Origin: a virus
Taxonomy: Duplodnaviria > Caudoviricetes
Virus record (IMG/VR): IMGVR_UViG_3300032303_002003
Coordinates: 68,904-132,903 of that record
Length of the DNA stretch: 64,000 nt
Reading direction: 5' to 3' (one strand)
Shown: one piece after another, positions 29,725 through 40,124 of the stretch
Layout: the number at the start of each line of letters is the position of its first letter
How positions within the stretch are numbered: the first letter of the stretch is position 1
Notes under the pieces: model-generated
Databases searched by the model: none
Seen by the model: only the letters and a program-made list of their open reading frames with translations
Told to the model about the DNA's origin: nothing
Position numbers and translations under genes: made by a program

Positions 29725-30360
29725 ATGAAAAAGTTTTTTTTATTTAAATTATTGTTGTTAATTTCAATTACAACATTTTCTCAAGATACTGTGAGAATTA
29801 AACATATTAATTATACTACAGTATTTTCAAAATCAAAGAGATATCCTGTATTAGTTGAATGGTGGTTAACCAAATCTATGGTTACTTGTCTAACACCTTT
29901 AAAAAGGAAAGATAATTTCAAACCAGACCCCCAGTTACCTAAAGAAACTGATATTGCTGCTGATTATGTTGGTAGTGGTACGGATAGGGGACATATGTGT
30001 CCTGCGGCCGATAATTTATGCCAAACGCAAGAAGTTCAAGATGAATGTTTTTATTTTTCTAATATGGCCTCGCAGTACCATAGTTTAAACGCAGGAGATT
30101 GGAAATCAGTTGAAACTTGGACTAGAGAAATTACACAAAAATACGATTCAATTCACATTTGGTGTGGTAATATTGGAGAAGTTAAAAAAATTGGTTCTGT
30201 ATCAGTTCCAAAAGTTTGTTGGAAAATTATTTACATTAAACAAACTAAAGAGTGGGTGGGATTTATATTTAATAATACCACGGATAAACCAACAGGAATG
30301 GATTCCCATAAGGTAACTAAACAGATTATTGAAAAAGAAACGGGATTTAAATTTAATTAA
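29725..30360 (+). CDS. secreted DNA/RNA non-specific endonuclease (NucA/EndoG family)
   Basis: Signal peptide; YVGSGTDRGHMCPAAD, FYFSNMASQ..LNAGDW..E, VPKVCWK. Confidence 0.9.
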   Translation: MKKFFLFKLLLLISITTFSQDTVRIKHINYTTVFSKSKRYPVLVEWWLTKSMVTCLTPLKRKDNFKPDPQLPKETDIAADYVGSGTDRGHMCPAADNLCQTQEVQDECFYFSNMASQYHSLNAGDWKSVETWTREITQKYDSIHIWCGNIGEVKKIGSVSVPKVCWKIIYIKQTKEWVGFIFNNTTDKPTGMDSHKVTKQIIEKETGFKFN

Positions 30361-30551
30361 CGATATAACTTTTCAGTTTCGTTATAAATCATTTTCATTC
30401 TTCTTTCAATCTCAACAATTTTTCTTTCGTCGCTTTCCGAGATGTTAACACTTTGTGCTCTTATCAATCTAACTTCTTCTTGAAGTCTTTGATATTGATG
30501 AAGTAAATTGTTGTAGGCTGTTGCTTTTTGTTCGGTTGTTAAATTTTGCAT
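30357..30551 (-). CDS. small coiled-coil protein
   Basis: ORF track. Confidence 0.6.
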   Translation of the reverse strand: MQNLTTEQKATAYNNLLHQYQRLQEEVRLIRAQSVNISESDERKIVEIERRMKMIYNETEKLYR

Positions 30552-30584
30552 AATTAATTATAATTTACCTTATTAAAGAGTAAA

Positions 30585-30857
30585 CTATGGTTGGTATTTT
30601 ATACTTGAGAAAGTTTTATTTAAATCGTCTAAATTTCTATATATTCTACCTTTTAATGTTGTATCAACTTCTTTACCTGATTGTAACATATTAAGTAGTT
30701 CTTTTAACTTGTCTATAATCTCTTCTACAGACTGTTCGGCGTCCTTATTTCCGTCGCCTGAAGAAAAGTTAGGTAATTGGGTGTATTTATCCAAATCCAT
30801 TGCAGTTTCAATTAATTTGACTAATTCGGATTCTTTTATTAATATTGTTCGTGGCAT
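30585..30857 (-). CDS. leader-bearing (IKESELVKLIE) small protein
   Basis: Leader motif, TATTTAT 5 nt upstream. Confidence 0.65.
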   Translation of the reverse strand: MPRTILIKESELVKLIETAMDLDKYTQLPNFSSGDGNKDAEQSVEEIIDKLKELLNMLQSGKEVDTTLKGRIYRNLDDLNKTFSSIKYQP

Positions 30858-30993
30858 CTATTATAAATATGATAATTAAATTCTTTCTATTACTTGAAAG
30901 AAAAAAGGACTTATTACAGTCCATATTTCTTATTGTGGGTACGTTTGTTTTTTTATACTTATTTTTTGTTGTTTACTTAATTGTTAGATTTTT

Positions 30994-31791
30994 TCAATAG
31001 TTGTCCTCAACAGGTTTTTTTATCTTAATTAATTCAGGGTATTTAGTTGCAAAATATCTTTTTACTTCTTCGTGGTCAAGTACTTTTGTTTTTGGTGATA
31101 ATCTTCTTGGTTTTTTATGAACATCATTAAAAACAGCTCCTACATAAACATAATTAGGTAATACATTAACCCAAATATTTAAAGACTCCAAGTATAAAAA
31201 AGTATCAGAGAAAAGAACCTCAACATCATCTAATACTGCTAAATACATTTGTTTACCTAATCCAGTTCCTTTTGATTCACTATCTATTCCTGAAGTTGAT
31301 ACCGCCCAAGAATTTTTAGGAAATTTAACCTCACCAAAAAAATCTGAAGCTTTTCTCACAGAAATTGAACCTATTGACTGCTCAAGTTCCGAATCAAAAA
31401 AGAAGTATTGTTTGGCATTATAAGTCATTTCAATAAAACAATCTAATCCACCCAATTTTCTAAGTTTCAAAAATTTTTTTGCAAGATAATATGCGAGATT
31501 TGATAAAACATCTTTTGTTTTTAATTCTAATGGAATGTCATAATCACCTTCAAAATTATCAGGAAACAATTGAGAATATCTTTTAGCATCAGAACCTTTA
31601 AATTTAGTTAATTTATATCCAAGTTCATTTTTAATGTAATCTTTAATTGCATTTTTTATATTCTTTTCATTAACTCTTTCTTTAATTATTGTAAAAATAT
31701 CTACATAACTATCTACCGGGTCCCAACTCCCTTGCTGGATATTTATTTCTGATATAAGTTTGTATTGCTTTTCCGTAACAATGTATTTCAT
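30994..31791 (-). CDS. leader-bearing protein with GNAT-like C-terminal region
   Basis: MKYIVTEKQ leader; IDSESKGTGLGKQMY resembles GNAT motif A. Confidence 0.6.
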   Translation of the reverse strand: MKYIVTEKQYKLISEINIQQGSWDPVDSYVDIFTIIKERVNEKNIKNAIKDYIKNELGYKLTKFKGSDAKRYSQLFPDNFEGDYDIPLELKTKDVLSNLAYYLAKKFLKLRKLGGLDCFIEMTYNAKQYFFFDSELEQSIGSISVRKASDFFGEVKFPKNSWAVSTSGIDSESKGTGLGKQMYLAVLDDVEVLFSDTFLYLESLNIWVNVLPNYVYVGAVFNDVHKKPRRLSPKTKVLDHEEVKRYFATKYPELIKIKKPVEDNY

Positions 31792-31847
31792 AATATATAA
31801 ATATAAACAAATCAGATGTTGGTAATATTTATTAATAAATAAAAATT

Positions 31848-32225
31848 ATGAGTAAAATAATAAGATTAACTGAATCTGAATTAGTTGGATTGGTTAAAAG
31901 AATGATTAAAGAAAGTGAAGAAGGTTTTGAAAGAATTGATGATGACTTTGAAGATATTCCTGATAAACTAACAGATTTCTCCGATGAATATGATGATGAC
32001 GATATCGTAGACTACGGTTTTGATGTTGAAGATAAGTTTAGCGATGACGATGAATTTCAAAATAAAATGAAATTAAAATCACATATGGGTAAAAATAGAC
32101 AAAGTAGTATTGGTATTGGTGGAGGTACAAGATGGGATAAAGACAGTGAAAAAGAATGGAGTCCCATTAAAGCGGATGACTTACCATTAGATAAGTTTTT
32201 AAAATCAAAATACAATAAGATGTAA
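31848..32225 (+). CDS. leader-bearing acidic protein
   Basis: MSKIIRLTESELVGLVKRMIKE; TATTTAT at 31826-31832. Confidence 0.7.
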   Translation: MSKIIRLTESELVGLVKRMIKESEEGFERIDDDFEDIPDKLTDFSDEYDDDDIVDYGFDVEDKFSDDDEFQNKMKLKSHMGKNRQSSIGIGGGTRWDKDSEKEWSPIKADDLPLDKFLKSKYNKM

Positions 32226-32230
32226 AAATC

Positions 32231-32258
32231 AAATCCCACTTTAAAAGTGGGATTTTTT
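32231..32258. terminator. bidirectional terminator
   Basis: AAATCCCACT...AGTGGGATTT between convergent genes. Confidence 0.75.
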
Positions 32259-32259
32259 A

Positions 32260-32802
32260 TTAAGCTAAACTACTTATTTTTGGTGATGAGCCTCTATCAT
32301 ATCCACTAATAACTTTTGCAATTAAATCACCTGTTCCCCAAGTTTTCAATTGATTAGAACAATCCTGTGTTATTTTTTTTGCACCAATATTATTCTTCAA
32401 GCCATTAACAATACAACCATATCTACCATTATTTAATGTTTTGATAGTTGCGTTAAGCCCATCATCCATTGACGCATAATTTTTAACACCAACACTATTA
32501 AAGTTAGTTGAGTTCGGCATTGACTGTGTTGTATTAAATGGATTATATTTTCCCGCTTTACCTTCAGATTGTCTCCAAGCATGTAAAAATTTTAAATTCT
32601 CATCTGATGTTGGTGCACCTAACTCTTGTAATATTTTATTATAAAAATCATCATCGCTTTTAATTGATGAGATTTCGGAAGATTTTTTACCACCAAATAA
32701 TGATGATAAATCAAAATCACTTTTTCCTAAAATCATATTAACTACCTTTTTTAACAAATCTTCTAACTGAGATTCTGTTATCAATATATCTTTTTTCTTC
32801 AT
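32260..32802 (-). CDS. leader-bearing lysozyme-like protein
   Basis: ILITESQL leader; AWRQSEG...YNPFNTT...NSVGVKNY...ATIKTL pattern. Confidence 0.6.
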   Translation of the reverse strand: MKKKDILITESQLEDLLKKVVNMILGKSDFDLSSLFGGKKSSEISSIKSDDDFYNKILQELGAPTSDENLKFLHAWRQSEGKAGKYNPFNTTQSMPNSTNFNSVGVKNYASMDDGLNATIKTLNNGRYGCIVNGLKNNIGAKKITQDCSNQLKTWGTGDLIAKVISGYDRGSSPKISSLA

Positions 32803-32818
32803 TTTAATTATTTTAATT

Positions 32819-35017
32819 TTAAGGACAAGTAACACTACTTGATTTTATTGTAACATTTAATGTTGATAATAATCCTTTAGCATCTTTAACTGTTACTGTA
32901 TAAGTTGCGGGAGCTAGATTACTATAGGTTGTAGTACTCGTATATGCCGAGTTATTTACTTTGTATGTATATGGTGCAGTTCCGCCACTCGCACTAATTG
33001 TAAATGAGCCATTATTACCTGTCCTACAAGTTACATTTGTTGATGAAACTAATACACCTATTGGTGTTGCAGAGTATTTGTATAAACCAATATCCATAGT
33101 TCCTGATAAAGTAACTCCTGCAAAATCTTTATTTAATCCACTAATTGTTGTACCAGCGCCTACACCCAAACTACCTGGAACTAAATGTAAGTCCCAATTC
33201 TCAGGAAATGCTGATGATGTATCAACAAATAATTTTGTTTGTGTTTGATATTCAACTTGTCCCGTCGCGATATTTAATACTCCTCCTAAAGCAGTTAAAT
33301 TAGACCCAACTCCACCTTTAATATAATAAATGTTATTTCTATGAAAATATCTATTTTTCCAATTAGTGGTATTGTTATTACTCCATCCGTGTTTTGCAGG
33401 ATATAACATTTCCCCCCCTGAGGTTGAGTAAAATATATTATTTCTTAAGTCAATCATTGTATCTGCCCATAACCCCCATTTTGAACTATCAGAAGGATAC
33501 TGTATAACACTTCTAAAACCACCGTAATTGCATAATGCCGGATTTGTAGGATAACTCCAACTTAAATCTGATTCTGGTGCATATGCTCTAAATACATAAC
33601 CCGTTCCTGTTGATGGGTTTAATATAACCGTTGTTGACATTGGAGCATCTACAGTGACTTGTCCACTCCCTATATTAGTTATTGTCCGATATGCCACTTC
33701 ATCATCATCATATAATCTAGTACCGACTTGTAATCCTGCAGTACTTGTAAATGTTACAGTAGTTGAGCCCTGAACTGTGCCTCCTTTAACCACAAACGCA
33801 TCGGGACATTTATATTTATTTCTAAAAAACCAAAACTGTGAAAACCCTTGACCGTCTCCATATATATCATCACCAAAACCATTTCCATTCATTCTATCTT
33901 TATTATTTGAAATGACAACATTATTCCAAAAATATAAATGGTGGTTATTGGCGGCAAATACATCGCCATAGCTTCCGTGTAAATATGCCAACTGTCCACA
34001 ATTAATTACTTTATTATAAGCAACCGTATCATATTGGGCACCATTGGCCGTATCTGTATTATCTCTATTTCCCATTTCTATTACCCCTGAACAATCTACA
34101 AAGGTATTATAAACTATCTTACTATTTTTAAGACACCAAAACCAATCTAAGGCGATTCCGCCTAAACCATTACAATCACTAACTCTACCACTCGCAGACC
34201 AAGCACCTTTAATGAAATTATTACTAATTTCTAAATTAAATCCTGATAAGCCCTCTATCGCACCTCCTAACACATCTGTAAATCCAATAGTATCTGTTGT
34301 TCCTTTAAAATTGGTAAATACATTATTTGTTATTTTACTATTTATCGCGGCAACTCCCGAAAACCCAAATGACATATTACTGAATACACAATTTTTTACT
34401 ACGCAATTAGTCACCATTGGAGTCCTTAATGCTGGATTACTAGCACCTCCTTGACCCCATTGGCCTAACTCAATTCCACCATATGTTAATGCTGCAGTTT
34501 TTTTATCTGCATATGAAAATCTAGTGTCATTAAATTGTAATCCATCAACAACAATGTCATGCACGCCCGAAAAACTAAATATTGTTCTAAATTTTTGAGG
34601 AACTGCAGTTGATAATGGCCATAAAAAATTTGGTAAAGGTTGTGTAATGTCACCATAATTTGTAAAAACAATTGGCGCTGATGGTGTTCCGCTTGGTGCA
34701 ACATAATAATTATCATTTGAATTCCACCATACAACCGCACTAAACCAAGATGGATAACTATTTAATCCATTAGCAAATACATCTCCCCTTTTAAATGCTA
34801 AAGTATCTCCAGGTTGAAATGAGAATCCAACAATATATTGTCCTCTTTTTGTTACAAGATAACTAATCTTGGTGGTTGATTGCCAAGGAGTATTTATGTT
34901 TTGAGCTTGGTCTGTAGTGTAAGAATCATTACCTGATGAACTACTAAAATAGAATTTTCTTGCGTGAGCGAAAATCGTTAATAAACTTAACGTTAATACT
35001 AATAATACTTTTTTCAT
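32819..35017 (-). CDS. secreted right-handed beta-helix protein with C-terminal SprB repeat
   Basis: Signal peptide; YFSSSSGND..PW, PGDTLAFKRG, parallel beta-helix N-x-F/I repeats, DIGLYKY; NVTCRTGNNGSFTISASGGTAPYTY. Confidence 0.8.
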   Translation of the reverse strand: MKKVLLVLTLSLLTIFAHARKFYFSSSSGNDSYTTDQAQNINTPWQSTTKISYLVTKRGQYIVGFSFQPGDTLAFKRGDVFANGLNSYPSWFSAVVWWNSNDNYYVAPSGTPSAPIVFTNYGDITQPLPNFLWPLSTAVPQKFRTIFSFSGVHDIVVDGLQFNDTRFSYADKKTAALTYGGIELGQWGQGGASNPALRTPMVTNCVVKNCVFSNMSFGFSGVAAINSKITNNVFTNFKGTTDTIGFTDVLGGAIEGLSGFNLEISNNFIKGAWSASGRVSDCNGLGGIALDWFWCLKNSKIVYNTFVDCSGVIEMGNRDNTDTANGAQYDTVAYNKVINCGQLAYLHGSYGDVFAANNHHLYFWNNVVISNNKDRMNGNGFGDDIYGDGQGFSQFWFFRNKYKCPDAFVVKGGTVQGSTTVTFTSTAGLQVGTRLYDDDEVAYRTITNIGSGQVTVDAPMSTTVILNPSTGTGYVFRAYAPESDLSWSYPTNPALCNYGGFRSVIQYPSDSSKWGLWADTMIDLRNNIFYSTSGGEMLYPAKHGWSNNNTTNWKNRYFHRNNIYYIKGGVGSNLTALGGVLNIATGQVEYQTQTKLFVDTSSAFPENWDLHLVPGSLGVGAGTTISGLNKDFAGVTLSGTMDIGLYKYSATPIGVLVSSTNVTCRTGNNGSFTISASGGTAPYTYKVNNSAYTSTTTYSNLAPATYTVTVKDAKGLLSTLNVTIKSSSVTCP

Positions 35018-35042
35018 ACTTTTTTTTATTTTTTATTTTTAT

Positions 35043-37109
35043 TTAACAATTAGTAACATCTATAGTCCATCCACTTGAAACTAAACTTGTATATGCACTA
35101 TACCCTAATGTATTTGCTGATAAACAACCATTACCTGTTTGATTAAATAATGTTATTGTATCTGGACTCTGCCAATAAGTAGTTGCACTTAAATTAATTA
35201 ATATATTATTTATACCATTATTAGATAATGAATTATCATTTAAATATAAATACTTAATTGAATTAGGGAATGGATTACCAGATAACCAAGGATTAAATGT
35301 TGAGATTGAATTATAACTTAAATTTAATGTTTGTAATGCATTAGGTATTGGTTGATATGGTGAGAAATTAGATATTGAATTATAACTCAAATTTAATGTT
35401 TGTATACTTGGAATTGGGGACGATGGATTAAATGTAGTGATTAAGTTATTGTTCAAATAAAGATTTGTAAAATTTTGTGAAAAAACTATTGTTGGTGTAA
35501 ATCCTGTTAATAAATTATTATTTAAGTACAAATTAGTTAACCCTTGTGGTACATTAGTTGGTGTAAATGCAGTTATACTATTGTATGATAAATCCAATGT
35601 TTGAACTGAGCTTGGTAATGTTGAAATTCTATCATCAAAATTTGTAATTATATTTCCACCTAACATCAAAGAATATAATGATGTTAAACCATCTAATCCT
35701 GTAATATCCCTAAGTCTATTATTACCATACCCTGATGATATATCTAAATAATTAATGATTGTCGCATCGCTTAATGTTGTGGTTGCAGTGTAAGTAGTGT
35801 TTGCGGTATATGTGTGTGTTGGTTGATAATTATCCGTTCCTGTATAAGCACTTGTTCTTCCATCACCCCAATTCACATTCATAGTAAAGTTAGATGAACC
35901 TTGTATAAACCAATTTTGAGTATTTCCTGTTGGACTAAATACAAATTTAATATTTGTTTGATTTGATATGCTAGGTGTTGGTGTGGCGGTTTTAGTTATT
36001 GTAGGGGTTGGAGTTGGTGTTGTTCCTGATAAAGTTCTTGTTGGTGTTGGTGTGGCGGTTTTAGTAGGAGTAACTGTTGGAGTTTTAGTTATTGTAGGGG
36101 TTGGAGTTGGTGTTGTTCCTGATAAAGTTCTTGTTGGTGTTGGTGTGGCGGTTTTAGTAGGAGTAACTGTTGGAGTTTTAGTTTTAGTAGGTGTTATTGT
36201 TGGTGTAGCGGTTTTAGTAGGAGTAACTGTAGGAGTTTTAGTTTTAGTAGGTGTTATTGATGGTGTAATTGATGGCGTTGGCGTATTAGTTCCTGTTGGT
36301 GTAGGGGTTACTTGTCTACAAGGTATATACTCTAAACATTGTCCACAGTAATCACCAGGTCCGTCCGCAACTAAATTATACGAATATCTTGGTCCTGTAA
36401 ATGGAAGCGGTGGATTTGGATTAATTCCAACACACCCGCTAAATCCCAAACTACCTAAACTATCATTACCCTCAACATACCACATTTGATAATCATATGG
36501 TATATTTGGTGGAATATTATCAAGAGCAAATATTGTATTCGTACAACAATCTTTATAATAATAAGTTCCTAGTGGTGCGTTAAATTCCGGAGCCGCTTTA
36601 GAAACAGGTGTTAAAACTTGTGTTGTATCCCCTGTTGTCGCATATACCACATTTGAAATTGTGCTTGTATCATTTAACCTATCATAGTCATCATCAATAT
36701 ATGTTTGACTAAATCCTACAGATTTTCCTTTTGGGATTATCACATTTGTTTGGAAATTTATTGGACTACCTGATTTAACACCTAATTCACAATTAAAACT
36801 CATTGATAAATCACAATCCAAAGGTTTACTTGCTTTAAGATTAAAACCTGTTCCAATTGAACCCCTAAAAACATATGTGTCCATAACAAATGAAACTATA
36901 CCAGAATCAGGTGGAAATTTACCTTCGTTTGTTATATTAATAATATTTGTAAAAGGTGTTGAGAATGACCCATCAATAAAAAAAACATTTTTTGTTTCAT
37001 TTGGTTTTAATGTTTCTTGATACTCCCACATTCCGTCGTCACATCTTCTATAATTAAACGTGGCAACACTATTTCCTGTATTTGTTATGACATATTTTCT
37101 ACAATCCAT
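35043..37109 (-). CDS. large structural/adhesin-like protein: Cys-rich N-terminus, Thr/Pro linker, PKD-like domain, leucine-rich repeats
   Basis: TPT repeats; VNWGDG...HTY; LxxLxLxxNxI repeats; TATTTAT upstream. Confidence 0.75.
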   Translation of the reverse strand: MDCRKYVITNTGNSVATFNYRRCDDGMWEYQETLKPNETKNVFFIDGSFSTPFTNIINITNEGKFPPDSGIVSFVMDTYVFRGSIGTGFNLKASKPLDCDLSMSFNCELGVKSGSPINFQTNVIIPKGKSVGFSQTYIDDDYDRLNDTSTISNVVYATTGDTTQVLTPVSKAAPEFNAPLGTYYYKDCCTNTIFALDNIPPNIPYDYQMWYVEGNDSLGSLGFSGCVGINPNPPLPFTGPRYSYNLVADGPGDYCGQCLEYIPCRQVTPTPTGTNTPTPSITPSITPTKTKTPTVTPTKTATPTITPTKTKTPTVTPTKTATPTPTRTLSGTTPTPTPTITKTPTVTPTKTATPTPTRTLSGTTPTPTPTITKTATPTPSISNQTNIKFVFSPTGNTQNWFIQGSSNFTMNVNWGDGRTSAYTGTDNYQPTHTYTANTTYTATTTLSDATIINYLDISSGYGNNRLRDITGLDGLTSLYSLMLGGNIITNFDDRISTLPSSVQTLDLSYNSITAFTPTNVPQGLTNLYLNNNLLTGFTPTIVFSQNFTNLYLNNNLITTFNPSSPIPSIQTLNLSYNSISNFSPYQPIPNALQTLNLSYNSISTFNPWLSGNPFPNSIKYLYLNDNSLSNNGINNILINLSATTYWQSPDTITLFNQTGNGCLSANTLGYSAYTSLVSSGWTIDVTNC
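35989..36174. repeat. two exact 93-bp tandem units inside the Thr/Pro linker
   Basis: Unit starts gttttagttattgtagggg at 35989 and 36082; lies in a wider TP-coding repeat region (about 35975-36310). Confidence 0.85.
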
Positions 37110-37139
37110 AATACTTTAAATATAAATACTTTATTAGAT

Positions 37140-37230
37140 AAAAAAAGGGATAAGAGTAGCGAGTTCTTATCCCAAAGTTTGCGGAACATAACTGCTCCGG
37201 TCCTAAGTCGGGGTTCTTACCCCTACGGTA
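37140..37230 (-). ncRNA. candidate structured RNA (three hairpins, last one terminator-like)
   Basis: GGGGT-AAGA-ACCCC; CGGAGCA-GTTA-TGTTCCG; GGGATAAGA-ACTCGCTAC-TCTTATCCC-T6. Confidence 0.5.
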
Positions 37231-37232
37231 TT

Positions 37233-37757
37233 TTAAAAATCTATTCCTTCAACGTGAACAGGTAATCCAATATTTGGTTCCCAGTTTTGTTTAATATATT
37301 CCATAACTTTCATTAAAGAATCACCGGTGTTTCCTTCATTCATTCCTTCAACAAGTAATTCATCTTTTTCTTGTGATGTTGTTAATCTTAATTTATTTCC
37401 CGCATCAAAATATTCAAAACCATATCCATCTTCGTCAATTATATTACTTACTTGAAATATTTGAAATAGGGTGTCTCCGTCTTTTTCATCTCCAAGTATC
37501 ATAATGTCTTTATAATCAATAAATCCACTACTTATTAATCTGGACATCACCTCACTTGAAAAAATTATTTTTTCAGCATCATCAAGTTCTACTTCATCTT
37601 CTTCGGGTTCAATTTTCTCATCAGGATTTTGTAAAATATGTAATTCTTCGGGAGTAAGAGATTCTTTACCCAACTCATTCATCTTATCAAGTATTCTATC
37701 AATCTCATCTTGATTAACTAATCTTCTATACTGCTCTTCCGTTATAATAATTTTCAT
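37233..37757 (-). CDS. leader-bearing protein with DUF6576-like motif
   Basis: MKIIITEEQY; EIDRILDKMNELGKESLTPEE. Confidence 0.65.
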   Translation of the reverse strand: MKIIITEEQYRRLVNQDEIDRILDKMNELGKESLTPEELHILQNPDEKIEPEEDEVELDDAEKIIFSSEVMSRLISSGFIDYKDIMILGDEKDGDTLFQIFQVSNIIDEDGYGFEYFDAGNKLRLTTSQEKDELLVEGMNEGNTGDSLMKVMEYIKQNWEPNIGLPVHVEGIDF

Positions 37758-37759
37758 AA

Positions 37760-37873
37760 TTACTTTTCCTTTAATTTATTAAGAATAATTGAATTTTCTG
37801 TTATTCTTTTAATTGTTTTTTGTATTGAACGTCTACTCTTTAATTTGTGTAGTTTTTTAACTCTTTTTGCCAT
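37760..37873 (-). CDS. small basic protein (37 aa)
   Basis: Manual translation MAKRVKKLHKLKSRRSIQKTIKRITENSIILNKLKEK; TATTTAT at 37888-37894. Confidence 0.55.
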   Translation of the reverse strand: MAKRVKKLHKLKSRRSIQKTIKRITENSIILNKLKEK

Positions 37874-37894
37874 AATAATATTTTACAATAAATA

Positions 37895-38458
37895 CTACGG
37901 AATATAAACTCTAATATTTTTATAACCTTGAGATGCCAAATAATCTTTCGCAAGATTTTTAATTGTGTATTCACTTCTTCGACTAACCCAATCTTTCTTT
38001 AATATAATTTTAATTTCCATTTCATATTTTGAAGTTAAATCAAATCTAATTGAGTGAATACTATCTCCATCACCTGTTGATTTCATATATTTTTTTAAAT
38101 CTTTAAGAAACTTTTCGGCAAATTCTTTTTTGTTTATAAATGGGGAGGAAATGAACCATCTATCTATTCCAAGCGCATCTGAAAGTCTATCAAATTTATT
38201 GTCGTAGTCTTTTATGTAAGAATATTCACCTTTTGCGTATCTCTCGGCGTCCATATTCATAGTTAAAGTTATCTCATTCTGAGTCTTACCATCATCCAAA
38301 TTTTTTATTTCATCATATCGGTAAAGTTTTAATTCATCATTTGGAAACTCTTGTCTAAGTTCCCTAATAAATATTTTAGCATTTCTTGGGAGCTCCGATT
38401 CATTTTGGTAAATTCTATGTTCTACCGTATCATTATGTGTATGAAAAATATTTGGCAT
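37895..38458 (-). CDS. hypothetical protein, paralog of 38471-39052
   Basis: ESELPRNAKIF...YAKGE..KFDRLSDALGI...KFLKDLKK.MKST. Confidence 0.75.
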   Translation of the reverse strand: MPNIFHTHNDTVEHRIYQNESELPRNAKIFIRELRQEFPNDELKLYRYDEIKNLDDGKTQNEITLTMNMDAERYAKGEYSYIKDYDNKFDRLSDALGIDRWFISSPFINKKEFAEKFLKDLKKYMKSTGDGDSIHSIRFDLTSKYEMEIKIILKKDWVSRRSEYTIKNLAKDYLASQGYKNIRVYIP

Positions 38459-38470
38459 AATCAATAAATA

Positions 38471-39052
38471 CTATGGAACGTGAATTGAAACATTTTTATA
38501 TCCAAGTGAATCAAGATAGTATCTCGCAGCATGCTTAACTTGACCATACCTACTCCAAAAATCTCTTTTAAGCACAAATACAAGTTCCAAATCGTGAGTA
38601 TTATTTACATTAAATTTAATTGCATGAATATAGTCACCAACGTCAGTTGATTTCATAAATTTTTTTAGGTCTTTAAGAAATTTCTCACCAAATTCTTTTT
38701 TATTTACAATTTTGGTGAAGGCAGTCCAACTTTCAATACCTAATGCATCTGCAAGGTAGTCAAATTTATTGTTTATATAATGACGGTTGCCAGATACTTC
38801 TCCTTTTGCATAAGCTTCAGCATCCACAAAATAGTTTAAATCCAAGTCATCATTATTATCATCAGGGTCATAATCTTTATCACCAGGATTCAATAAACTT
38901 TTACTTACACTATACTCATCAAATTTTAGATTATCACCTAATTTACTTCTTAATTCTTTAAGAAAAATTTTGATGTTTCTAGGTAATTCACTTTCATCAT
39001 TATACATAGTGATTTGAGCTGTTTCATTATAGTTATTATAAACTTTTGGCAT
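38471..39052 (-). CDS. hypothetical protein, paralog of 37895-38458
   Basis: Same motifs; identical upstream TATTTATTGATTATGCC. Confidence 0.75.
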   Translation of the reverse strand: MPKVYNNYNETAQITMYNDESELPRNIKIFLKELRSKLGDNLKFDEYSVSKSLLNPGDKDYDPDDNNDDLDLNYFVDAEAYAKGEVSGNRHYINNKFDYLADALGIESWTAFTKIVNKKEFGEKFLKDLKKFMKSTDVGDYIHAIKFNVNNTHDLELVFVLKRDFWSRYGQVKHAARYYLDSLGYKNVSIHVP

Positions 39053-39064
39053 AATCAATAAATA

Positions 39065-39463
39065 TTAACCCGCAATTGTTTTAACGGGAAGTTCAAATGT
39101 TTTTTCAAACCATATTTTAAATCCTGGCTTCCACTCTCCCCTACCAAAAGTTGAATTTAAAGTTTCAACAAAGTCATTTCTAATAATTTCAATTAGGGGC
39201 GCCTTATCAGCCCATTTATTAATAATAAACCAGCTGCTATCGGGGTCAAGCCCCTCATAATACTCTTTAAAGATATATTCAAAAAGTGGTTCGTGTTCAA
39301 TATTATTTTTATAATCATCATCATAAAACATAATAAGATTTTCATCTATACTCTCTGTATCATAGTTAAATGAAGATTCATTATAAATCTTATCTTTGAA
39401 CATATGCTCCAAGAATTTAATAACCAAGTTATTTAATCTATTTTCTGTTATAATGTATTTCAT
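39065..39463 (-). CDS. leader-bearing hypothetical protein
   Basis: MKYIITENRL; ends WFEKTFELPVKTI. Confidence 0.7.
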   Translation of the reverse strand: MKYIITENRLNNLVIKFLEHMFKDKIYNESSFNYDTESIDENLIMFYDDDYKNNIEHEPLFEYIFKEYYEGLDPDSSWFIINKWADKAPLIEIIRNDFVETLNSTFGRGEWKPGFKIWFEKTFELPVKTIAG

Positions 39464-39466
39464 AAT

Positions 39467-39724
39467 TTAAAGCGTAATATATTCAATACTTAAATTAAAC
39501 TTTTCTCCCGTATGGTCCAAAATTTCTTTTATATAATCTTGAATATCTTGTTCTTGTTGGTATTCGGTCCCATCAACATAAATTACCACATTAAAAATTC
39601 CCTCCTTCATCCTGTAATTTTCGCTCACATCTTCAACCTCAACGCTTTCAATTTCAGGAAATTTCTTTGGTAAAAGAGTTGATAATAATTTCTTAAACAT
39701 TTTATATTTTTGTTCTGTAGTCAT
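39467..39724 (-). CDS. small alpha/beta module protein
   Basis: KKFPEIESVEV motif shared with 42281 and 44673. Confidence 0.65.
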   Translation of the reverse strand: MTTEQKYKMFKKLLSTLLPKKFPEIESVEVEDVSENYRMKEGIFNVVIYVDGTEYQQEQDIQDYIKEILDHTGEKFNLSIEYITL

Positions 39725-40038
39725 TACATTATATTGTGAATCTTTTTAACTTCGGGGTATCTTTTATTTATATATCTTGCCATAGATTGGTGATATTCTT
39801 TTTGGGTTATATCAAGAATTGCATTTGCATCTCCAAGTATCGGTCCGTGCGAAAACCATAAACTATCATCAAGATATGGATGTCCGAGAAGCACTTCACG
39901 TCCAATAAAAAACCCAGACCATTTTTCGATACTATCTTTCAATTTTACACTTTCACGATAAATTGAATCTTTAAATATACTATCAAAATAACGAAACATT
40001 ATTTTGTCTATCATCTCATTAGTTAATTCATTTTCCAT
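39724..40038 (-). CDS. hypothetical protein
   Basis: TATTTAT 4 nt upstream. Confidence 0.65.
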   Translation of the reverse strand: MENELTNEMIDKIMFRYFDSIFKDSIYRESVKLKDSIEKWSGFFIGREVLLGHPYLDDSLWFSHGPILGDANAILDITQKEYHQSMARYINKRYPEVKKIHNIM

Positions 40039-40065
40039 AATAATAAATATAATAAAGATAAATTA

Positions 40066-40104
40066 AAAAACCCCGATGGATGATTTCTCGACATCAATCG
40101 GGGT
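40066..40104 (-). terminator. long-stem terminator
   Basis: ACCCCGAT.GATG-loop-CATC.ATCGGGGT plus T run on minus strand. Confidence 0.6.
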
Positions 40105-40124
40105 CGCCTTTCACATCAATTTTG

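Noticed and set aside
35975-36310. Thr/Pro-coding repeats as a CRISPR array or mobile repeat
   Set aside because: No unique spacers; it is a low-complexity protein linker.
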